This document shows, piece after piece, positions 14,634 to 29,500 of a stretch of DNA of 64,000 bases. The position numbers and the translations under genes are program-made. The stretch's first letter is position 1. Each line of letters starts with the position of its first letter. Origin of the DNA: Auanema rhodensis (lineage: Eukaryota > Animalia > Nematoda); contig OZ059898.1 in assembly GCA_964057225.1 (NCBI GenBank), positions 7,068,001 to 7,132,000 on the forward strand. The letters are read 5' to 3'. A model generated the notes under the pieces. That model did no database searches. It was given only the letters and a program-made list of their open reading frames with translations, and was not told where the DNA came from.

Positions 14634-17600
14634 GAGTAAAATATCATATAAAATCTATGAAATATGAAAGAAAAAAGTTTTTTTTTATTTATAAATTAAT
14701 AAAATTTATATTATAATATAATATATTTATATGATATGAATAAATGAATGAGATTAATATGATGTTTATATATGAATTGATGATAGAAGAAAGAAATATG
14801 AAGATTGAAAAGCTATCAGATAAGATATATTATTTCTTCGAAATAGTATAAAAGTGAAATCAATGTAAATATTTTTCTAATTATTATAATAAATAAATAA
14901 ATAATTATATTTATATTTATAAAATCAATAAATAGAATTAAATATATTTTAACCAGTTCTATTAATTCATCTCGTATTTCTAATTCAATTAAATCAAAAA
15001 GTGATCAGAATTGAAAGTTCGATTTATGTTAGTTATTCTTGCAATGATTTCATCATCATCTGTAATTTAACATAAGCATGTCGCACTTTGAAGCTTGGCT
15101 GTTCTCAAGAGATTGAATGAAGATGACCGTCAAACCAATACAAAAGCTTTATATGATGATTGTAATTGTCTAACAAAGGAATTAGCTCATTGTCCTTCAA
15201 TTAAATTGCCTCAAACTTTCAGTTTTTCTTCAATATTCCTGCACCGATAATTCCTGTATTTTCGGATTTCAACGTGGGTGGTCAAATCGTTTTAGCGATC
15301 ACAGATATATCTCCATTACTCTCCCCCCTATTTCTACGTTTTAACAACTTTTTCGTCAACATGCCTTTTCTCCATTTTCCGTAATTTTAACGACAACATT
15401 GCGAAATATGTCGAAATCTTTGTCAAATGTTAGATGAACGGGTAGAATTGACGAAGAAAGAATGAACGAAAGATAGAAAAGAGAAAAACGCTTGTGCTAA
15501 GAAGTCAGGTATTCAATTGAGAGAGAAAAGTGAGTTATAGTGTAGATTTCGAAGAAAGGTTCACCGTTAATCAACCAATTAACAAATTTTAGACGGGAGA
15601 GATTTAGAACACATAGTTTGACGAATGGGACAAGGCTTAAGAGCCGGATTAGGACACGTTATTCAGCGAATACGAAGACTGTATGGGAGGGCTTGAGAAT
15701 ACGATAGGAAGATAAAAAGAGAAAGATGTGATAGAAATTGAAGAAAGATGTATATTTGGAAACGAGTAATTTCACTTAATCTTTATCTTCTTCATCTGTT
15801 TGGGATTTAGAGGCGAAGGGGTATATAGCGAAGAAAATACTTTATCATCTCTGATGTTATGATATATGATTCTTTATTCAAATTTATTAATAGAGCTCAT
15901 TGTGATTTTATAGATAATTTGATTAATTAATGGAAAAATCATTTAATTGTTCAATATCCCCTCTCCCTTTTCATTTATTTCTCTTCTCTTCTCAATCACT
16001 GTTTCGTTTCCTTTACCAACTATGTATGTGTGTCTCATGTCTCGAAAATCCTGAGTGAGTGGCGAAGGGGAAAGACTGATAGAGAAACAGATAGAGGAAA
16101 CAGCTTCTTCAAGTTGGTGGTAGCAACAAGAAGCACAAAAAGCAAACCGGAATAACACAGACGATTCACCCTCTCGTCTTCTCATAATGTTTTTCTCAAA
16201 AAAATCGGACAGAGAGGAAGAGCTGGACTTTTCCTGGCTTTGAATTGACCCTTCTAGGACTTTTTGGTTTGCAGGATGTATCATCTCAGTTGCTTTTGCG
16301 AGAAATTCAAACATTCAAGGTGATTGATGCACAGGTCAGAAAGAAAAGAAAGCAAAGAGAACATTTAGAAATACTAAGAAAAAGAAAGAGAGAATGAGGG
16401 AAATAAGAAGATACAGAGAGCGATAAGAACTTTGAGATCAGGAACAACAAGAGGAAGCCGAAAGAATGCTTTTTTGAGTCAAAATACTCTGTTGTGAGCA
16501 ATGAAATAAGAATGTTTGTTTATTTGTTTCAATTAGTAGTAAACAAAATGTATAAATTATAATAAAGTAAGATGAAGTACAACCGTTCATGGCTAAACTA
16601 ATATTTAGAATTGTAATTTACGTGAAAAAGATATTTTTTACGTGTTATATAAAACATTTTATTTAGTTATTACATTATTTATTAATTAATATATCATATA
16701 TTTTACTAATTATCAGATATAGTATTCCGTAAAATATTCTGCCATTTCCATATGAATAGCCCTCAGTGTTTCACCAAAAAACCAGTTGACATCAGTTGTT
16801 CTCCTTTGTCATTTCACATGGATTCACCTCACACTCATTCCCTTAAAGCTCCCCTCATCTCTCTCTCTCTCTCTTCTCTCATTTTTTTTATTTGTTTGTA
16901 GTACATCCGGAATATGCCTCATCTGCATTTTTTTGATTTATAGCAGATTCCCATTAACATCAGTGCTCTCTTTTGAAAGGTTGGTTGTGTTAATGTTTCG
17001 AAATACAACCACAATAATGTTTAGATCAACTATATGATAGAACAGTAAAAGGAAATTAAAATAAGGTGAGAGATATAGATAAAACATGAAATATAGAAGA
17101 GTCAAAGAGAGAAAAAGAAAGCAATGAAGAGAGAGAGAAAGAAAGAAAGGAAAAGATAACCTGATAAGACAATTTTTCGTACAATTTGTACAAACGTGTA
17201 GTCATTTATTAGATAGAATGATGATATACTAGTGATCATAAGGATCATAATCAAAACAAATTGGTGAACAGGACAGATATAGCGCAACGACGAAACGGTT
17301 GACGTCTATGATGACGTGGACGGAAATGATGAAAAATCATATATAACAGTTCATTACCTAACATATATTGAGGAGGAATTATATATTATAATATCTAGTT
17401 ATAGAATATTATTAAATAAATAAAACATTTATATTGTACTTGATGTATGATGAATGAAAAACATATATGATGACATATAGTTAGTTTAATGATACTGACT
17501 AATTATAATAAATCATATAAATATAATTAAGAAACTAAAAGATTAATATTTTCTTGAGAAAAAAAAAAGAAATAATATTGATAAATTCAAAATGAAAGAC

Positions 17601-20600
17601 TGATATTCTTTATCATTTTCTTATATTTCATTATTGAATATCTAATCGTATGAAAAGACGAATTGACTTTTGATTTGCTTTCATTCAAACTATCTTCATC
17701 CTTTAATTGATTATTATTATATATACTTGTAAAATATAATAATTATATTAATAGAATAATATCAATTTTCTATCAATCGTCGGCAGTTTTAATCTTTCGG
17801 TTTAGTCATATCGGAAAGCATCAACTGGACCTGCTGCTTTAAGTCAGTCAGCTTAAAAGATTGACCATGCACCTATGTGCAATGTATACGAACGCCAACA
17901 ATCCGTTTGACTCTTCCTCCCCCGCTTTTCGACAATTTTTTTTCAAAAAAATGAAAGAAAAACTTGAAAACAAAGATGATGCTAATGAAGAAAAATCAAA
18001 GAATAGATTAAGAAACTTTATAGAATAAATTAACTAAAAAAACAATGAATAAACGTTAAAAGTATGAAAAAAAAAAGATCATATATAGGACTACATATTA
18101 ATACTTATAATCATAGTATTATATAAAAAAGATTTAATATCTTTTTAAATAATCTAGATATGAATGAATATATTGATAAGATGGAAAAACATCTTCTTAT
18201 TACATCAATATGACATTATTCTATGGTCTTTCTCTTATTCATTTGCTAAATTTCCTTGAAAAGAGTCATATCACTTATAACTCATATCAGCAATTGAAAT
18301 CAGTCATCATTCTATCAATGTAAGAAGATGTTTTAGTTCCTTCTTCATACATATATCAAACTTTTTTTGGTCAACACAACAACCAATTGTTTCATTTTGA
18401 ATCATGATCGTAGCTTGCAGCTCTTAGATGTGAATCTAGTTCAAAAACTTGGCTCATATGACCGGATGAAACTTGAAGAGTCATCTGAAATCTTGAAGAA
18501 AACATTCTCGGCTCTCTATTTCTCTTTCGCCACCAGAAGCTGAAGCCTGAGCTCTCAAGAGAGTGAGCGAATACTTCACTTGAGCTTGTTCGAGTATCGA
18601 ATATGGGAGTTTAGCTAAAACGAAGTCGAAGATGACAACAACAATTTTCTACAGTTTTTTCAACGGAAAAAGGAATATTTGTCTCTTGAAACTTCCGAAT
18701 TTGGTCAAGTATCGCCCTATGCCCGATATATGCCGTCGTTCGCTTATTTGTCCAATTCCCGATGAGAAATAGAACCATGAGTTGATAAGTCTTAATAGTT
18801 CAAGTTGATTTAGGTGAATCAGACGTCAATAGTATAAAAAACTGACTCGTTTCTTGTCTTATTAACAAGAATACGACAATAGTATTAGCCCGTATTATCA
18901 GATAGCTTGCTTTGTCTACCTATCTGATTCATCACTGTCAGCTCATCTGAAGAGAATATGACGTCGTCATGTATAGGCAACATGAAGAGCAACCAGAATA
19001 TGTTCACTCAGAACGTGCCCACTCACGACGTGAAATATTCCAAGACAACAACATGTTCATGATGTGTCTTATTCAAATGAACAAAAGTGAAGAATGGAAG
19101 AAATTTTTTTAGAAATTCATATTGCGAATTGAAAAGAGTTTTGTGTATTCTTACTATATTGCTTCGTATAATGTGCTTTTAACCGCTTAACATGTTGAGA
19201 TCATATAAGAAAGTGAGAGATAGAGAAATTGAAAAAAAAAGAAAAAGAAAAGAAAGACGATTTTTTTCTCTCGTGCAGACACCCTAGCCATGAATCAGCA
19301 AGACTTATTTCATTCTGCAAGGCTAGCAACTAGCTAAACTGAAGTACAATTGAATGAGAGAGATAATATAAGTATTAGAGATACTGTCAGGATAGGGGAA
19401 AAACGAGAACTTCCAGAGCTTTAATCTGGGACAATGCCATAACATGCTTGATAATTCTGAAGAGAAATAGAGATACAAAGGTAAACATATTGTCTTTGAA
19501 GTAGAGATCACTGTCTGCTTTCTAAAGTTTCTTTTCTCTTAAGCTTTCATTCTTTTAAGTTCTTTTCAACTAACTGTATGCACTTTGCGAAACAACAGAT
19601 CAGTTTGTAGACAAAGATCAGATGAGAATCATTAACAAATATAAAGAATAGTTAAACTTTCTAAAACCATATCAATCTATTCTTTCTTGTCTTTTATTAT
19701 ATTTTTTGATCTTTTTTTTTCTTTATTTTATTTGAACATTCTTGATTATAGAATCTAATGATCCTTAATGTAAAGAAAAAAAAAGAATATAAATGGGGTA
19801 GATATGAATGAAAGATAACATAAAATGAAAAATAAAATAAACCAATATCATATATTCTAAATAGTTAATGAATAATTATAAATTATTATCAAATCATTTT
19901 AGAAATCTATTCAAATCATCTATCTCTATCATATTTACATATTCATATATATATATATTTATATATTTATATATTTATATCATTATATAAAAACATTAGA
20001 CGTTCAAATACTAATGATCATTGCTTGCCAGACCCAAATTGTATTGAAAACAAGGTCAACGAATCAGACTGATTTCATTTTACGGGGAAAAGAAAGAGAA
20101 GACCGAATGATCCAAATCATCATGTTACTTTTATATAAGAATATCCTTTAAAAAAATAAAAGTATATATTCATATAGAGAGAAAAGAAGATAAGGAAAGA
20201 GGTAGAGAGAGATTGAGAGAGATAGAGGGTGGACGAGAATTATGTGCTTCGATTTGCAAAAGTTTCTTCTCAAGGACTAACACAAATAGCAAATTTTGAC
20301 CATGATTAAAGTACAAAACAAGTACAATATTCCTTTGACAGTATGCTTTATTCAATTGAGTTCATGACGGTTTTTCTTAATTTCGCCCTCCTTCTCCCCG
20401 AATTGTTTTCTCAGTTGAATCTCTATTAAAGATTATTCAACATGAAAAGTAGAGAAATAACAACAATTTTCCAAAAGAAACATAGATGATCCAAATAGCC
20501 TTTGAACTTTTCTCCAGATGCAATTTGTTTTCATTCCAACTATCTTTCCTTTTCTTTGTTTTTTCGTCTCATTTTCCCTTTTCGCCGTTTTCCTCATTCC

Positions 20601-21682
20601 ACTTCATCTTTGAATTGAGCATGAATCATCGGCATATAATCTAGTTAATTTATAAGATTTTCCTTATAACTTACTGAGAAAATGATTTATATTTCTCAAA
20701 CAAGTTAATTATTTCAATAAAATTAATTATAATTTATTAGAAATTTATACAAAAAAATGTTATTTTTATCAAGATTAGCAAAAGTTTATTCATTTTCTAA
20801 GAGAGAATTTTGAAATTAATCATTCTTCTTTTCTACCTACTTTCCCTTTTGTAATATATAATACAAATTGACAGAAAAAGGAGTGAAGGAAAGGAAATGG
20901 ATGAAAGGAGATGTGACTAACCCCCATGAGTCAGAGTCACGAAGCTGCTGTTCGGTGCTGACTGGCTAGCTAACTAGCTAGGTCTAGCTGGCTGGCTGGT
21001 TGGCTGCTGTTGTGTATGTATGTGTGTCACCCAAGGGTAAAAGAAGGAAGACGGTGTTGATGTTAGCTTATTCAGAGAAACCGTTGGTGGGGTCGACCGG
21101 ATGCGGAGCCGGTCCAGCTCTTGTCTGAACGATCATAAAAGGGAATGAGAGTACTCTTCAGATCGGCATCCATATAAGACTGAGATTGAGAGAACGAAGA
21201 ACAGGAGATAGATAGAGATATAGATCAGGATATACCGGCTTATTGAAGAGCAACAGCTTTTGATCTATTTATCAACATCAAATAATTAAAAAAAAGAAAA
21301 TGCCAATAAGATTCAGAAAGATGTAAAATCAAATTTGAATGATTATATGATATTATCAGTATATTATAATTAATTCATACATCCTAAGAAGACGAATAAT
21401 TTCGCATAGTTAATATAGTAATGAAACTGATAATAGATAATAAAACTATAGTAAAATATGTAAAGGTCGTTAGAGAAAATATTGTTATCTAAGTAATTGT
21501 CAGCTCAAGAGATCATGTGATGGAATAGCCGGTCACTTTCTGATTATCTAAGCTTTACGTTCTACTTTATTTCACATCAACGTGTGAAACTCGGCAAGAG
21601 TTTGCATACGGAAGAAATAACTAGAAAAAGGAAGAGATCTTAAGATTAAGTGGGAGAAGAAGAAACACAGATTAATATGAAG

Positions 21683-21731
<49 letters not shown>

Positions 21732-24700
21732 AAGAGAGAGAGAGAGAAAAAGTAAAGAAGCTTGTCTATCCACAAGATAGTATGCTATATCTCTTCACAA
21801 CAAACATACAGAGGTTCAGAGACAGAAACTTGCGAAGAAAATCAATTTTTTGTCTCAAAACGTTCAACAACGATTGATTAGCATGAATTTGAAACGAAAA
21901 GAAATGAATGATAAGCTGATAGTAGTGGAATTATAAATAATGACCTTAACTATGGATAAAACAATAAACAATATTTTGAATGATATCAATTAACTGTATA
22001 ATACTAGAATTTTTTTTAATTTTTAAGAAATAATTTGTAATAATATTAGTTATTATATACACAAATTGTACTATATATAGTAATATATTACTATAAATAG
22101 ATTATTTTAATAGTGACGAATGATCATGAACAAGTGTAAAGCTAGATTGAAGAAAGAGGAATAGTAATATGAAAATAATACTGTTTAGTAACGGTGGAAG
22201 GTAGCTGCATATGACAAAGATCACATTGATAGACTGTTGTTAATGATTCTATTCAAATAGACAAAGATCATTCAGATGATGATGATGATGATGTCCAATT
22301 ATACATGTAGAAGAGACAGGGTGGACAGGAATCTGTCCGTATTTAGGATTAAGAGAGTTGATGAGACTTGAATAAAGTTAGGATAAACTAGAGAAGGCAT
22401 AAGCGAGGAGATTGGGTGTTCAAATGATCATCATCATGATCATCATCATGATGACGTGTGAAAGTAGAAGACAAAGATAAGTTAGGATAACCAGCCATAT
22501 TGTATATAAGGATTAGAAGGTAGGATGGTTACGATAAGACAGTTTGAAGGCTGGAAAGTAGCACTGATGAGACAAAGGTTGGAAAAAATACTTTAAAAAT
22601 ACACGTCAACATAGTGATCCAGGAGATGAACATTGAGTGAGAAGATGTGATAGATGAATGAAAGTGATAAAGAGAGCATGTCTGCCTTTCTAACAGAGAA
22701 AAATAGAGTTATGAGATGATAATAAGTTGAATAGAGAGATAGTATATGGCACGTACGCATCATCAGATGACAAAGTATTTGCAAAATCTAATTGATTTAA
22801 ACAAATAACAGATTCGAATAGTAATAATAATAATAATAATGATGATGATGGTGATGATGATGATAATGATATTATGGAACATGATGATGAGGTTTCTAAT
22901 CAGTTATATAGTTAGATAGACAGTTATTCAAAAAATAAAGATATCATAGGTGAAAGTATAAAATTTGAATCAAATGACAAGTTATCTTGAGAAAACTACA
23001 ATGTAAAACCACAAACACATTTTTGGGATTGCTGTCATTTTCAAATTATGAATCAGTCAAATAAAAAATAATTTTAAAAAGGAAGTAGACTCACAGGTGC
23101 GTATGGATGGAAGAAACGACGTGTTCGTGAACGGCGAAATCGTTCTAAGGCCACAGATTTTCTCATTAACTGCGATGGACGTGCCAATATTGCTGTCTTC
23201 GTTTGCATATTGTTCGGACGCCAATCCAGATCGGCAATGCAGGTTGTAGCAGCTCCATTGTTCAGCTTCGGTAAATGAGCAAGTGATGTTGGACGAGTTG
23301 GCTGGACAGCAGCAACTGGTACTGGAGACTTAAGTGGTGAAGGCATCGGAGCGACATGTACAGTGCTGAGGCTGTTGGTATTAGTCACAGCCGAAGTTAT
23401 CGTAGATGAGCTGATGGATGAAGCAACTGATTCGATATTGGATGAGGATGTTTGATATTGATCAATCAAATTGCCATCATCTGCAACCATACATGATGCT
23501 GTCATTGGAGCATCACAGCACATTGTCGCTGTATTAGATGATGTGGTCGGAATACAACTTTTGAGATAGCAGTTAGCTTCAGCGGATGCGGTTTGGTCGT
23601 CGTAAACCGTCGACAACGGTCGACAAACTGCCGACGAAGGCGAATAGACGTGAATGGCCGGAATACTAGCAGCGGAATCAGCTCGAGAGCTGGTAGAAGT
23701 ACAGCAGGTGCACTTAGTGGATGCAGTCACACTAGGAATATTACAAGTGATAGGTGCAGAAGCGCAATAGTTGCGACAACTACGCCAGATAAGCTTCGTC
23801 AGATTGTCTGTTTGTCCGGAATATACTAGATACCGGATACAGGCAAACGTACAGAATAAGATAGAAGCAAATGTAGATCTAGTAAATGAGGATGATTTGC
23901 AAATTGCAAGACTTCTGCAGGCGTAATTGACAATTATCCTGAATTAAAAGAATAGGATTTACAATCAGATGACAAGACAAATTCACTGATAACGATGAAT
24001 ATTCAAAATATGAAATTAATTTAAATAAATGTTGAGGAATGAAGTAAAGGATAAATAGACACGAGCGCGTGTAATGTGGGGGCCCCACTACAAAACGGGA
24101 CACCACTGCACAGAAAGACTTATAACTCGTCGGTGGTCGGCGCCCTGACAGCCTGTAGACAGACTGTTAGACCCGCCTACCACCGGCTGGTCGGCACCGC
24201 CCACTTACCATCATCACCGCCGGCGCTCTCCGTGCAAATGATGAGAGACTAGAAATTGTACAGAAAGATGGAGAGAAAGGCAGAAAATGAGTTAGTGGAT
24301 GATAGACGGGTGTAGTAGAGGCATGATCATTACTATCAGCTGTACGCTGATAATACAGAAAGATCTTATAAATTGGGTATGGGTGAAAGTTTAAATACTC
24401 ACTAAGAGTTAATACATATGTCCTAAGGATATTTCATGTAATATTTTTGTACGATAAAGGTGCAAAGAGAGGGAAAGGCTAAGAGAGAGAGAGAGAGAGA
24501 CATAAAATATGCTTATCAGAGATCTCTTAGCACAAAGATCTATGTTCTATGAATTAGTATAGCCTCTGAATCATTTCATTATTTGAACTATATATGTATA
24601 TATTATAGTTCATCGATAACAACAAGATCATTTTGATCATAAAAATGTATTTATAAAAAGCTTAGGTAAAATAAGTTCTAGAACTATATGTATGTGTGCA

Positions 24701-26477
24701 TGTGTGTAAGAACAGTTTGCAGACATACAATCACCAATACAATTCAATTGGCTAGTGCTTGTTGCAATGTCATTGAGAACCATGTGATTGGCTTTTCTTG
24801 AATGCCTCGAGGGTACTAAATGGTGGCTTTCAAGTTGCTACAGCCGACAACGATGATAGCGATGTCATTCATCTAGTTGTTGAATCATCAACTATAATAA
24901 AGCTACAAAAAATGCTGAAATTTTCATTTTTTCTTCCAATTTACTGCAAAACTCAAAGAAATAAAAAGGCGATAGTTGAATAAACATGAAATATATGATA
25001 TATATAGTATAAAGTGAACATTTTCTTATATATTCAATTCAATTGTCTAAAAATTATAGAAGGAACCTTCTGAATATAACATTGAACCACGAATTCGTTG
25101 AATAAGTTGTCGAAGACACATAAAACTATGTGTTGTCATCATTGTTTCCTGACGATTAAGCTATTTCGAACTATCAGTTTGATGATGAAATGAAATTATA
25201 TTTTAATATAATGATGATAATGCTATATGATAATCAAATATATTAATTCTTCATCTTATATAATCAACTCTTTACTTCATCAGCACAAATTATACCGTTG
25301 ATTCGTTGATCATCAGAGTTATTATCAAAATTTTTCGTGTGATAAACGTACTAAATAGCTTGGATTGTCGAATGATATCGATGAAATGCTACAAACCATT
25401 ACAATCGTAATCAACAACTATAGAGCTATCACTAGTTTAATAATCCAAAGACCTGAGGAATGCATGATTATGAACAGCAATCATGTTTTACAGTTCCTGA
25501 TATTTTCAAACATTAAATGAAAATTCACAATATACATCATTTTTCTTCTAGTTTTTCAAAAAAAAAGTTATATTTGTGCAGAAACTACTCAAACTACAGA
25601 ACTTTTTAAAAATAATATTGTCTGTTTTGTAGGGGTCAATTATGAGACTAGTAGTACCAGTATCTAGTTAATTGGACAAGCGGACACTTGAACTTGAATT
25701 CCAGACAGAGAAACGTTAGAGAGAATTGAAATATTATGTGTGTGTGAGAGAGAGAGAGATAGTGAGAATGAAAATACACAGAGAATAAGAACCTGCCAAT
25801 CAAGACGACGTGTCATTTCTCGCCTGTTTCCGAATATCAGACAGAGATCGTCGTCATCGGAACATCAAAAGCATACTAGAATTCAAAAGCTGACCTAGCG
25901 ATAACCGTGAGAAACATGGAACATGAGAGAAATCGAAATCACCTAGCTTGTACTTTGCTTATATAAGGCCACAGTATAGGAAGAGAGAGACGGAGAGATA
26001 GGACAAAGAATGTCAATGGGATTCTTACAAGCATTAGTTAGTATAGTTATTTGGTAAGTAAATTAACCCACATAATCATAACAAATATCAGAAAAATAAA
26101 ATTTAACAAAGAGTGGGTGGTGGGGGTGGAGGCAAAGAACAGAGCAAAGAAAGGGAAACAATAGAAAGATACTGAAAGTAAGAGAAAATAAAGAAAATAA
26201 GTAAAGACTGTTAACAAATTTTGTTACCAGAAAAAAAAGAAGAACGCGATAACTTTTGTTCCATATGATCTGAAGATGTCTTTGATCTCTGGATGATGAA
26301 TTAGATAAAGAATGTCCATAAAACTAGGTGTGTGAAATTTCGAACAACAAGGGTAATATACAATTTTACACCAAAAGTCTAAAGATTCACTAGTTCACGT
26401 GGCCATATAATAGAGAACATGGTCTAGGAAAAAGAGAAATAGGGTAGAGAGAGAATGGGCAACAAAGAGTAAAAGAA

Positions 26478-26528
<51 letters not shown>

Positions 26529-29500
26529 AGCATATAGAGAAAGAATCAGCGATTAACAATGTGATTTGACGATTGATGAAACGTTCTTTAAAAAACTTAT
26601 CATAGAAATGAAAATCTATAATTATCGTCAAAAGATTCATAGGCAATAAGAAAGATGTAGACAGTGAATTCAGTAATGAAAAAGCTTGTCAGAAGTGTTC
26701 CAGACAAGACAGGTGTATCACATCACCAGTTTCTTGCATCTTCTAATGATTGTGAAAAATATTTGTAGAAGTCTGGCAAGATAAACAGTCATAAACAGAG
26801 AGATACGATTAGGATCATATAGGATTGAATACAAACCAAAAATAAAAAAAGAAATTGAAAATTTGAATACAACGTGAATTGTGATGAAACTGAATCAAAA
26901 ATGTACTATATATCGTATAGTATACATATATATATATATATATATACTATACTACACTATACTATATATATATATATATATATCAAAATCATATTTCATC
27001 ATGTTATTTAAAAACATTACTTATCAATCATTCAAATAATTTACTTAATTTCACGTGATACATCTTCTCTTTAAGAAGTAAGATCATACTTTAAAATTCA
27101 TTTTTTTCTAATCATTAATGAAGATACAAACATCTACAAATATCGTTTTTTGTTACTTTTTCTCTGCTCCTGCAATTCAGAAAACCAAATTACAAAAATC
27201 AAAGGTTGACATCAGAAGCCAACAAACCTATCATTCTATGTGCATGAGGTATTCCCTGTTTCTCTATGTTTCTCGATAATACTCTTTCATCATACTAACT
27301 TATCAATTTATTATATACTATAACAATAGAATATATCCTAGATTATATGAATCTGGAATATTAGATTATTTATTATACTATATAAAGGTTAGATGTACAG
27401 AAGTGTTTTGACTTCTTGTCGAATTTAGATAGTTCATCTGACTTTACTGATAGCAAACTTCCGCTCTTCGTTTTCTTAACATAGTTCCGGTTTCCGTATC
27501 AAATCAGCTTTCTTTCTTTCGGCCTTTCTTGCAGCCTCTCTCTTTCTGATTCTCTGATATTCTCCATTTTATTCATTTGCAATTTCACATCAAAGTGATT
27601 ATGTTATTGAGTAATAGTTCAAAAATAGAAATAACCTGCCTATTTTGGGAAATTTCTAGAAAACTCTCAATTCAGATGAACAAATGGTTGACAGAGAGAA
27701 ATATTTAGAGAAGAAGAGGAAGAGAATAGAGTTAGATCATGAAGAACATCCGATTTATCGAGCAAAAAACAGTACAGATCTCATAACTATATATATATAT
27801 ATATATATATAGTATATATATAGAATACTATCTATATTGGATTTTCAAATTAAACCAGAAAAAAAGTTCATATTCACATTCAAATATATTTTCAAATAAA
27901 AAAAATAAATAATGAGAAATATGAGATTAATTTTAATCAAAATGTGAAAGAAATATTTATCTTATCGATAGTAATAGTAACTATTGAAAAATTAAAAATG
28001 GTTTGTACGTTTGATTACATTCCATTGCTTCTCTTACTTAGTTTTTGTATTAAACCAAAGGTTTAAGCTTACTTGTTTGAGAATAGCAAAAGAATGCGCG
28101 TAGGCGCCAGAGAATGTGATTATTTGTCTAAATACATAATAAACTTTTCTAACCTGGAACCTTGGCGAATTATATTCTTATAAGATAATAATTCTTCATA
28201 ATCCTTATAAAAATATCAAATAATGTAAGAATGAAACAAAAATATTAAAAATAGAGCATTGAAACTTTAAATTTTGCACATACAATGATAAATAGAGTAT
28301 ATTCAAAGTTATATATCTTCTATATTATGTAAACTGTTATATGAATATAGCAATATCATCTATGTATCTATATATACTACTTCAGTTTAGCTATTTATTT
28401 GCCGAAATTTAAATAATTCTTTTTAATCAATCGAAAGAATTAATAACATCCGGCAATAAAGGCCACATGATTGAAGAGAATGATATGAATGGAATGAGTG
28501 AATATTTCTGTACAAAATTTAAACTTTTCAAGTACTTTAGTACATTGAACCTCAATAAATGTATAGTTAAATAGAATAAAAAAAAAGAGAAATTAGTAAA
28601 ATATATCATTTTTTTCTTAATTCTAAACTATAATAGAATATATAGATTAATAAAGAAAAATAATTAAAAATGTTATGTATTATATAAGACTTATAGAGGA
28701 GGAGGGGGGATTCTAAAGAACATAACAGCAAGTTGTTTGACATCTAATGGTATGTATTACAAGATTTTTGAATCAAAACCAACGCACCCTATAGTTCTAA
28801 TTGGAACAGATAGAAGATAATTGAATTCAAGATCATTTTTTAACTATCAAATGTCAATTAATACTAATTAATATTCTCCCTAACCGGAAATAAAACAAGA
28901 AAAACAGTAATAACATATTTGGCAGTAATATGAAATACGTGATAATCACTTTGATAAGTTTTAAACTTATTTTATGAATTATATATCGTATTATAAACAT
29001 AATTATTAATATATTAAAGACCATATACATGTATATAAACGAAAAATGATATCCACGTGAAATACGTGACTTTTCTATATGCTAATTATCATTTCTATCT
29101 TTCTAATCATCTCCAAATGGTTGATCTATGTATAAGACTAACGATAAAAGAATGGGAAAATCGTAATATACCCCCAGATATTATTCAGTTTTCGTTAACA
29201 TTATCGTTTATATTTCTATTTTTAAAATTCAGTTAAAGATCAAGTTGAAGATAGATGATATAACATCAATAATGTGTGAAATTCAAAGTAAAATGAATCA
29301 TTTTCAACAGTTCAAGTGTTAAAAATTTCAACTAGTCCAGATAAGAATTATGTCGATCAAATTTAGTCGATACAGAACAGCAAAGTCCAAAAACAAATTG
29401 AAATACAAAGAAAAATAAATAAATAAACAAATGATATTAATCACTTACGTTAGAATAATCATAATTTTATTGGTTTATCTACGAATTAATTATATTGATA

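Noticed and set aside
15943-16314. 123-aa minus-strand ORF inside the large tir-1 intron
   Set aside because: Non-ATG start, low complexity, and no phase-compatible donor or recognisable domain.
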